Assembly: GCA_900555615.1 (NCBI GenBank)
Contig: USMB01000003.1
Location: 1-63,539 of the forward strand
DNA length: 63,539 nucleotides
Source of the DNA: an uncultured Clostridium sp.
GTDB taxonomy: Bacteria; Bacillota; Clostridia; TANB77; CAG-508
Direction of reading: 5' to 3'
This document shows positions 55,318 to 63,539 of this stretch, one piece after another; the first letter of the stretch is position 1, and each line of letters begins with the position of its first letter. Below the pieces are notes generated by a model. That model ran no database searches, was not told where the DNA came from, and worked only from the letters and a program-made list of their open reading frames with translations. A program made the position numbers and the translations under genes.

Positions 55318-57099
55318 TTAGTTTTCATCATCTTGGGCTGATTTTAATCTTAAATAACCTAATTCTTCCCAAACATTATATGCTAAATTCAATCTAAACA
55401 ATACTTTAGGCTTAGCTCCTGCTCTGTTTTTGTCAACAACACAAGCATAATATCTCACATCTGGATCTTTATATTTTTTTAATTCGAAAAATTCAGTATC
55501 TACCTCTTCTAACGAATATTCATATTTATTTAAATCTTCATTATGTATTTGCTTTATTAAGTATAATGTATCAAGAACCTCTTTTACTGTCCTACTTACA
55601 GCTAAGTCATTAATATTTAGATTTATTGGCAATGTATTACTTTCAGTTAATTGCAATGAAGATGCAATAAATATTTTTAAGTTTTGTGCTAAATTTGAAA
55701 GAATTGTTGCTGTCTTCTTAATTTCTTCTCCATTTCCTATATTCTCAGTATCTGTCTTAAGTGTATCATAAAACATATACTCTATTTTTTCTTTATAATA
55801 ATAATTTAAAATAATTTTTTCTAACTCATCATTTGTGTGATTTGTAATGTTTACAAAATATATAGAATTTCTAATTTGCTCATCAAGCCATTCTGTAACC
55901 GCAATTGTTTTTCTAAATTCTGTAGAGACTTCTTTCAATCTTTGTGAAAACATTTTCTGACTTTCCCCTTCTCTTTTCTTAACATAGCCATCTTCATCAA
56001 TTTCCACATTTTCACCATCATCAGGTCTAAATTTAAATTCTAGCAATTCACCTTCTGTTTTTGATAGCTCTTGTCCATGTAACTTTTGAATCTCTTTATT
56101 ATTTAAAACAGTTGTTATTAAGCATAATTTCATTTTTTCTTCTGACATTTCATTAGAAATTACTAACACTTTTTTCTTGTGAATAAATGCAATATATGCA
56201 GCTAAATCAATTGTAAATCTACTTTTTCCTGAGTTTGAAGGCATTGCATATGCCATAGTTTCACCTTTTCTAATTCCTTTAAACACACTATTCAATATTG
56301 GAAATGGCAATTCCAAACCTGTCGTCAAACTGTTTTCTCCAGTAATAAAAAAATCAGTCATATTAGTATTTAATATTGATCTTTTAAATTTTTCCGTTGC
56401 CATAATTTGAGCAATTGCATCTTTTACCTCTTGTATTGTCATGCTATCATATAACTCATATTTTAAAATATCCACAACTTCCTTTTGAGTTTCTTTAATT
56501 GGATTAGATAAATAATTTTTTCTTATTTCAAATAACTTTCTTAATTCTACATAGGTTTTCTCAAAATCATATTTTTCTTTTCGTGCTTTTTCTCTTAGCT
56601 GACTTTTTAGTTTGTATGTTTCAGAACTTTCTTTTGCAAAATTAAAATCATTTTTGGCTATTTGTGGTGCATATGCTTGTCCTTCTGTAAATAATATACT
56701 TTTATATAGATTTAACATATCATCACTTTCAAAATAGCAATCATCATGTACAACATAATACATTGATATTGCTTTAGGATTATCTAGTAATAACCCTATA
56801 TATCTTTCCTCTAATTCTATATTAGACAATCTTTTAGGATAAATTTCACTTTCTTTATTTTTTTCTTCATCTTTGACTTTTTTATATTCTTTTTCTTCTT
56901 TTTTTGTTTCTTCTATTGTAGCTGAATTTCTTAATATTATTCTTTTCTCATTTTTTAACTTATTTAAAATCGGTATTACTTCTGTATACCTTTTTTCATC
57001 AATTAATTCTTTCATTAAATCAACATCAGCTTCATTATCATCAGTAACTTTTATTCTATTAATTAATTCAATTAAACTCTCTATTCCTTGACTTTCCAT
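55318..57099 (-). CDS. divergent DnaB-family helicase-like protein
   Basis: DnaB N-domain-like NIELEERYIGLLLDNP..FESDDMLNLYKSILF. RecA-like core has degenerate motifs: PSNSGKSRF (Walker A), VISNEMS, FYDTLK (Walker B region) and VDKNRAGAKPKV. It also has an 80-aa N-terminal extension and an internal insertion. Confidence 0.65.
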   Translation of the reverse strand: MESQGIESLIELINRIKVTDDNEADVDLMKELIDEKRYTEVIPILNKLKNEKRIILRNSATIEETKKEEKEYKKVKDEEKNKESEIYPKRLSNIELEERYIGLLLDNPKAISMYYVVHDDCYFESDDMLNLYKSILFTEGQAYAPQIAKNDFNFAKESSETYKLKSQLREKARKEKYDFEKTYVELRKLFEIRKNYLSNPIKETQKEVVDILKYELYDSMTIQEVKDAIAQIMATEKFKRSILNTNMTDFFITGENSLTTGLELPFPILNSVFKGIRKGETMAYAMPSNSGKSRFTIDLAAYIAFIHKKKVLVISNEMSEEKMKLCLITTVLNNKEIQKLHGQELSKTEGELLEFKFRPDDGENVEIDEDGYVKKREGESQKMFSQRLKEVSTEFRKTIAVTEWLDEQIRNSIYFVNITNHTNDELEKIILNYYYKEKIEYMFYDTLKTDTENIGNGEEIKKTATILSNLAQNLKIFIASSLQLTESNTLPINLNINDLAVSRTVKEVLDTLYLIKQIHNEDLNKYEYSLEEVDTEFFELKKYKDPDVRYYACVVDKNRAGAKPKVLFRLNLAYNVWEELGYLRLKSAQDDEN

Positions 57100-57174
57100 T
57101 TAAATAGCTCCTTCCTCATTTGCTTTTATACTTTAGTTTTAGTATACACATATTCACATTTTATTTCAAGTTTT

Positions 57175-57828
57175 TTATTTAATTTCTTCTATTATTTCCT
57201 TACTTGATAATACAATTGTTGCTCCATCTCTTATTAACTCATTAGTTCCTTCACTAGCTGGATTAAAAATATTTCCTGGTACAGCAAAAATCTCCCTTCC
57301 CTGTTCCATTCCAAATTCTGCAGTTATTAGCGAACCACTGCTTTTAGTCGCTTCTACAACAACTACTCCATCTGATAACCCACTTATAATTCTATTTCTT
57401 TGCGGGAAATTAATTTTTTTTGGCTTAGTACCTAATGGATATTCTGATACAATACATCCTCCTGTTTGTATGATTTTTCTAGCTAATTCTGTATTTTCTT
57501 TAGGATATATTTCATCAATTCCACTTCCTAAAACAGCTATTGTTTTCCCTTTTCCACTGGCTATTAAAGCTCCCATATGGGCATATGAATCTATTCCAAT
57601 CGCCAATCCACTAATAATATTTATTTCTTTATTAACTAATTCTGTTGAAATTTTAAGTGTCACTTTCTTTCCATAATCTGTTGCCTTTCTACTTCCAACA
57701 ATTGCAATTCCTTTATTTTTTAAAATCTCTCCATTTCCTAATACATAAAGTTTTTTTGGTGGATCATAAATATTTCTCAACTTATTTGGGTATCTTTCAT
57801 CTTCTATATTAATTTCTTCAATTTTCAT
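57175..57828 (-). CDS. dprA: DNA processing protein DprA, minimal form (Rossmann-like domain only)
   Basis: YP.KL..I.DPPKKLYVLGN, GIAIVGSRKAT.YG, GLAIGIDS.AH and FPQRNRIISGL motifs. Start taken at the ATG at 57828 (GAAGGGAG SD). Confidence 0.85.
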   Translation of the reverse strand: MKIEEINIEDERYPNKLRNIYDPPKKLYVLGNGEILKNKGIAIVGSRKATDYGKKVTLKISTELVNKEINIISGLAIGIDSYAHMGALIASGKGKTIAVLGSGIDEIYPKENTELARKIIQTGGCIVSEYPLGTKPKKINFPQRNRIISGLSDGVVVVEATKSSGSLITAEFGMEQGREIFAVPGNIFNPASEGTNELIRDGATIVLSSKEIIEEIK

Positions 57829-57886
57829 ATTATTACTCCCTTCAATTAAAAATAAAAAAAGGACAATCATAAAATTGCCCCCATTT

Positions 57887-58735
57887 CTATTTGTTTTGCA
57901 TTTCTGCAGCTTTGATAATATTATTCATTAACATAGCAATTGTCATTGGTCCTACTCCTCCAGGTACTGGAGTTATAAAACTAGCTTTGCTAAGAATATT
58001 ATCAAAATCAGCATCACCTGTTATTTTTCCTTCACTGTCTCTATTAATCCCCACATCAATAACAACAGCTCCTTCTTTTATCATATCTGCTTTTAAAAAT
58101 TTTGATTTTCCAATAGCCATAATAACTACATCTGCATCTTTTGTATGTTTTTTTAAGTCTTTTGTTTTTGAATGACAAACTGTTACAGTTGCATTTTTTC
58201 TTAAGCAACATTGAATTAATGGTTTTCCTACAATATTACTTCTTCCAACAATTGTAACATCTTTTCCTTCTAGTTCAATTCCATATGCTTCAAATAATTT
58301 CATAATTCCATATGGTGTACAAGATACAAAAGTATCTTGATTCAAACATAATTTTCCAATATTTAATGGATTAAACCCATCTACATCTTTTTCTGGTGCT
58401 ATTGTTCTAAATGCTTCATTTATATCTAAATTTGCAGGAATTGGACTTTGTAATAATATCCCATGAATATCTTTTCTATTGTTCAATTCTTTTATCTTTT
58501 CTATCAATTCTTTTTGTTCTATATTTTCACTTAATAGATATTCTTCAAATTCAATTCCAATTTCTTCACATGCTTTACTTTTGTTTCTAATATAAATTTG
58601 AGATGCATTATCATTTCCCACCATTATTGCTGCAAATTTTGGATTAATTCCTTTTTCTTTTAACTCATCACATTTTATTTTTAATTTTTCTCTGGTTTCT
58701 TTGGCTATCTTTTTGCCATTCATCATTTCTCCCAT
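57887..58735 (-). CDS. folD: bifunctional methylenetetrahydrofolate dehydrogenase/cyclohydrolase
   Basis: GNDNASQIYIRNKSKAC, LLQSPIP, VVGRSNIVGKPL and TPVPGGVGPMT motifs. Confidence 0.9.
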   Translation of the reverse strand: MGEMMNGKKIAKETREKLKIKCDELKEKGINPKFAAIMVGNDNASQIYIRNKSKACEEIGIEFEEYLLSENIEQKELIEKIKELNNRKDIHGILLQSPIPANLDINEAFRTIAPEKDVDGFNPLNIGKLCLNQDTFVSCTPYGIMKLFEAYGIELEGKDVTIVGRSNIVGKPLIQCCLRKNATVTVCHSKTKDLKKHTKDADVVIMAIGKSKFLKADMIKEGAVVIDVGINRDSEGKITGDADFDNILSKASFITPVPGGVGPMTIAMLMNNIIKAAEMQNK

Positions 58736-58736
58736 G

Positions 58737-58979
58737 TTATTCTCCTTCTATTACTTTATATTCTATTTGTTCCATATATGGAAACATTTCTTTCACTCTT
58801 TTTAGTGTAAGCATTGTCATTCTTGGTTGAGGATTTTTAGGGTCATCTGACAATAATTTTTGTGTATAACAATTTTTAGCTGTTTTAAATAAAACATATC
58901 TGTTTCTAACATAAGTGTAATAAATTTGATAACCATTTTTCAAATCTAGCCACATATCTTCAAAAGTATATCCTTCCAT
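58737..58979 (-). CDS. hypothetical 80-aa protein
   Basis: AAGGAG SD. Tightly packed between ligA and folD. No motif recognised. Confidence 0.5.
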   Translation of the reverse strand: MEGYTFEDMWLDLKNGYQIYYTYVRNRYVLFKTAKNCYTQKLLSDDPKNPQPRMTMLTLKRVKEMFPYMEQIEYKVIEGE

Positions 58980-58992
58980 ATCTTCTCCTTTT

Positions 58993-61014
<2,022 letters not shown>

Positions 61015-61017
61015 TTA

Positions 61018-61044
61018 AGGACATGTTTTCTAAAAACATGTCCT
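61018..61044 (-). terminator. hairpin terminator after the sortase gene
   Basis: 12-bp stem AGGACATGTTTT (61018-61029) / AAAACATGTCCT (61033-61044), with TAATTTTT following on the minus strand. Confidence 0.65.
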
Positions 61045-61050
61045 ATTGAT

Positions 61051-61743
61051 CTATGCATCTGCTCTTGCCAATATAATTAATCTTGCTTTACTATCATCTG
61101 TACATGTTGTTAATGAAATTTCTGTTGCTCCGTTTGTATCTCTGCTCATATAATCTGCATCATTTTCAGCAACTTCAAATTTATCATAAACTGTATAAGT
61201 TACTCTTTTACCACTTAAATCTGTAATATATATTTTGTCTCCATTACTTATCTTCTTATTATCTGAAAAGAATACTCCGCTTCTCCTATAATTATGTCCA
61301 GCTATAGTAGTATTTCCTGGTTTATTTAATCCAACACCATATAACACAACTACTGAAGTTTCTAATGCTTTTGGTGAATACTCAGATTCATCCAAAATTG
61401 GTGCTTTCAATTTTGTTGATGGAATTTCTATTGTTCCAGCTGTTAAAAAGCCATTATATTTTTTGGCATTATTTCCTGAAGAAGAATTACCACCAGTTGT
61501 ATTCCCTTTGTCAATACCATCAAAAACTGAATTATCAATGTCTGTTGTATTATTATCTTTTGTAGTATTATTGTTCTTTCCATTTTGATTAGAATCACCA
61601 AAATTATCAACAAAATCTTCAGAACTACTTTTAATTATGTATGTTTCATAATATCTATATCCTAAATAACCTATAATTGCAACAATGGCAATTATTACTA
61701 CTACTAAAAGTATTGTTAAAAAATTACTATATTTTTTATTCAT
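61051..61743 (-). CDS. sortase (class D-like), membrane anchored
   Basis: N-terminal TM and an Asn/Gly-rich linker. Catalytic His in TIAGHN, Cys in LTTCTD, Arg in ARLIILA. Start taken at the ATG at 61743 (GGAGG SD). Confidence 0.8.
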   Translation of the reverse strand: MNKKYSNFLTILLVVVIIAIVAIIGYLGYRYYETYIIKSSSEDFVDNFGDSNQNGKNNNTTKDNNTTDIDNSVFDGIDKGNTTGGNSSSGNNAKKYNGFLTAGTIEIPSTKLKAPILDESEYSPKALETSVVVLYGVGLNKPGNTTIAGHNYRRSGVFFSDNKKISNGDKIYITDLSGKRVTYTVYDKFEVAENDADYMSRDTNGATEISLTTCTDDSKARLIILARADA

Positions 61744-61809
61744 CACAAATACCTCCAATTTACCCATATATATCTATTATAACATATCTTTATCTAAATT
61801 GGTAGTATT

Positions 61810-62157
61810 TTATACAATTTTTTCACCTAATTGAGTTCCTGCTAATAAATGGAAATGTAAATGACCTACTTCTTGTCCTCCATCTTTTCCGCAATTAACA
61901 ATAACTCTATAGCCTTTATCTTTAAATCCTTGCTTTTCAGCAATTTCATTTATTACTTTATAAACCTTACTAATAATCTTTTCATCTCCATCATTCATTT
62001 CAGCTAATGAGGCTATGTGTTTTTTTGGTATTACTAACACATGAATTGGTGCTGCTGGATTAATATCATTAAATGCAAGCACTTCATCATCTTCATACAC
62101 TTTACTTGATGGGATTTCTCCTTTTATAATTTTACAAAATATACAATTTTCATCCAT
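61810..62157 (-). CDS. HIT-family (histidine triad) nucleotide-binding protein
   Basis: CIFCKI, HVLVIPKKH and the HLHFHLL histidine triad. Confidence 0.85.
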   Translation of the reverse strand: MDENCIFCKIIKGEIPSSKVYEDDEVLAFNDINPAAPIHVLVIPKKHIASLAEMNDGDEKIISKVYKVINEIAEKQGFKDKGYRVIVNCGKDGGQEVGHLHFHLLAGTQLGEKIV

Positions 62158-62214
62158 AGTTTTCCTCCTTGCGAAATTGGGGTCGGTCCTTTTTTTCGCA
62201 TACTAATATATTTT

Positions 62215-63539
62215 TTAGCATAATATCGCTTTTATTCTTCTAACTCCTGAAGAACTTGATTCTTCTTTCTTTATTTTGAAGTGTCCTAATTCAGATGTGT
62301 TTGAAACATGAGGTCCTCCACATAATTCAAGTGAAACATCTCCAATTTTATAAACTGATACAATATCGCCATATTTTTCAATAAACATAGCTTCTGCTCC
62401 CATTTTTATTGCATCTTCTTTTTTCATTTCTAAATGTTCAACTGGAATTGCTTGGCTAATCCATTCATTTACTAAATCCTCTGTTTTTTGTTTTTCTTCA
62501 TCTGTCATTTTTGCTGGATGTGAAAAGTCAAATCTCATTCTTTCTGCTGTTATATTGCTTCCTCTTTGATGTACATGTGCTCCTAATACTTGCTTTAATG
62601 CTGCATTTAATAAATGTGTTGCAGTATGATACTTTGTTTCCATTTCTCCTGTTGATGCTAATCCACCTTTAAATTTTTGTTCAGAACCTGCTCTTGATTT
62701 TTCTTGATGTTCTTTAAATAGTTTTTCAAATTCTTCTTTATCTATTTTCATCCCATTTTCTGTTGCTAACTCTTCTGTTACTTCTGGTGGGAATCCATAT
62801 GTGTCATATAATCTAAATACCATTTTTCCTGGCACTATATTTTGTCCTTGTTCTTTTACAGTTTCTATTTCTTTTGCAAATTCTTTTTCACCTTTTTCAA
62901 GTGTTTTTACGAATTTGTCTTTTTCTTCTAATATTACTGTTTTTATTGTATCTCTATTTGTTTCAAGTGCTGGATACATTTCTTTTAAATTTTCCACATT
63001 TATATCTATTAATGTTGATAATTCATCTAATGATATTTGTAATTTATTCATATGTCTTACCATTCTACGAATTAATCTTCTTAATATATATCCTCTATCA
63101 ACATTGCTTGGTCTTCCGCCATCACATATTATCATCATACTTGAACGTAAATGTTCTGCAACAATTCTTCTACTTGCTATATTATCTACTTTTTGTAACT
63201 CTACTAGTTTGTCCATAATTGGTGCAAATAATTCAGTTTCAAATGGTGTTTCTTTTCCTTCTAACAACATTGTCATTCTTTCAAGCCCAAGTCCAGTATC
63301 AACATTGTGTTGTTTTAATTTTGAATATTTACCATTTTCGTCTTTATAGAATTCCATGAATACATTGTTCCAAATTTCAACATATTTTCCGCATCCACAT
63401 GATGGATTACATTCAGGTGAACATTTTGGCTTTCCTGTATCATAAAACATTTCTGTATCAGGTCCACAAGGTCCTGTTTCTCCAGCTATCCACCAGTTAT
63501 CATCTTTTCCAAAATAATATATTCTTTCTTCTGGAATTC
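62215..63539 (-). CDS. alaS: alanine--tRNA ligase, short form (5' end outside the window; the ORF stays open to the window edge)
   Basis: WWIAGETGPCGPDTEMFYD, VEIWNNVFMEF and DTGLGLERM class II core motifs. The editing domain has HTATHLL and CGGPHV. The ORF ends about 30 aa after the editing domain, without a C-Ala domain. Confidence 0.85.
   Translation of the reverse strand, partial: IPEERIYYFGKDDNWWIAGETGPCGPDTEMFYDTGKPKCSPECNPSCGCGKYVEIWNNVFMEFYKDENGKYSKLKQHNVDTGLGLERMTMLLEGKETPFETELFAPIMDKLVELQKVDNIASRRIVAEHLRSSMMIICDGGRPSNVDRGYILRRLIRRMVRHMNKLQISLDELSTLIDINVENLKEMYPALETNRDTIKTVILEEKDKFVKTLEKGEKEFAKEIETVKEQGQNIVPGKMVFRLYDTYGFPPEVTEELATENGMKIDKEEFEKLFKEHQEKSRAGSEQKFKGGLASTGEMETKYHTATHLLNAALKQVLGAHVHQRGSNITAERMRFDFSHPAKMTDEEKQKTEDLVNEWISQAIPVEHLEMKKEDAIKMGAEAMFIEKYGDIVSVYKIGDVSLELCGGPHVSNTSELGHFKIKKEESSSSGVRRIKAILC

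Overview
This window looks like chromosome from a very AT-rich, Clostridia-like, spore-forming Firmicute. It carries spoIIID, sepF-divIVA, mreB, a sortase and yqzL, and long ORFs stay intact under the standard genetic code. All but three genes lie on the minus strand (exceptions: a Cys-rich mini-ORF, a GC-rich orphan gene and htrA), usually with tight or overlapping junctions. From left to right the window contains:
- a POR-gamma gene fragment, a GH15 glucoamylase, a beta-CASP RNase and an orphan protein, then ftsK;
- a division and maintenance block: rsmD, divIVA, sepF, an HlyD-like gene, miaA and mutL;
- a vWA surface protein and mreB;
- a roughly 25 kb cell-wall glycopolymer locus (17568-42528). 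It has a Wzm/Wzt-type ABC exporter, a methyltransferase/coiled-coil protein, at least eight GT2/GT4 glycosyltransferases, two polyprenol-phosphate-sugar modules, a Wzx-like flippase and galE. Two peptidoglycan hydrolases built from an unrecognised repeat module are embedded in it;
- a compositionally foreign orphan gene, then recO-yqzL-era preceded by a large orphan protein;
- a stand-alone tRNA-Met, truA-cdaA, pdp, rnhB, htrA, spoIIID, a divergent DnaB-like helicase, a minimal dprA, folD, ligA, a sortase, a HIT protein and a short-form alaS.

I found no CRISPR array, transposase, integrase, prophage or recognisable defence system.

The best candidates for something new are:
1. the 41% GC orphan gene, whose consensus promoter is interleaved back-to-back with the glycopolymer-operon promoter;
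2. the roughly 118-aa repeat module shared by the GH25 and M14 hydrolases, which includes a 73-nt perfect identity between the two genes and a frameshift that removes the M14 catalytic Glu;
3. the terminator-methyltransferase plus Wzt C-terminal domain pairing in a Gram-positive glycopolymer locus;
4. the orphan coiled-coil protein translationally coupled to era;
5. the divergent DnaB-like helicase next to a minimal dprA.

All functional calls come from motif recognition by eye. No database search was run.
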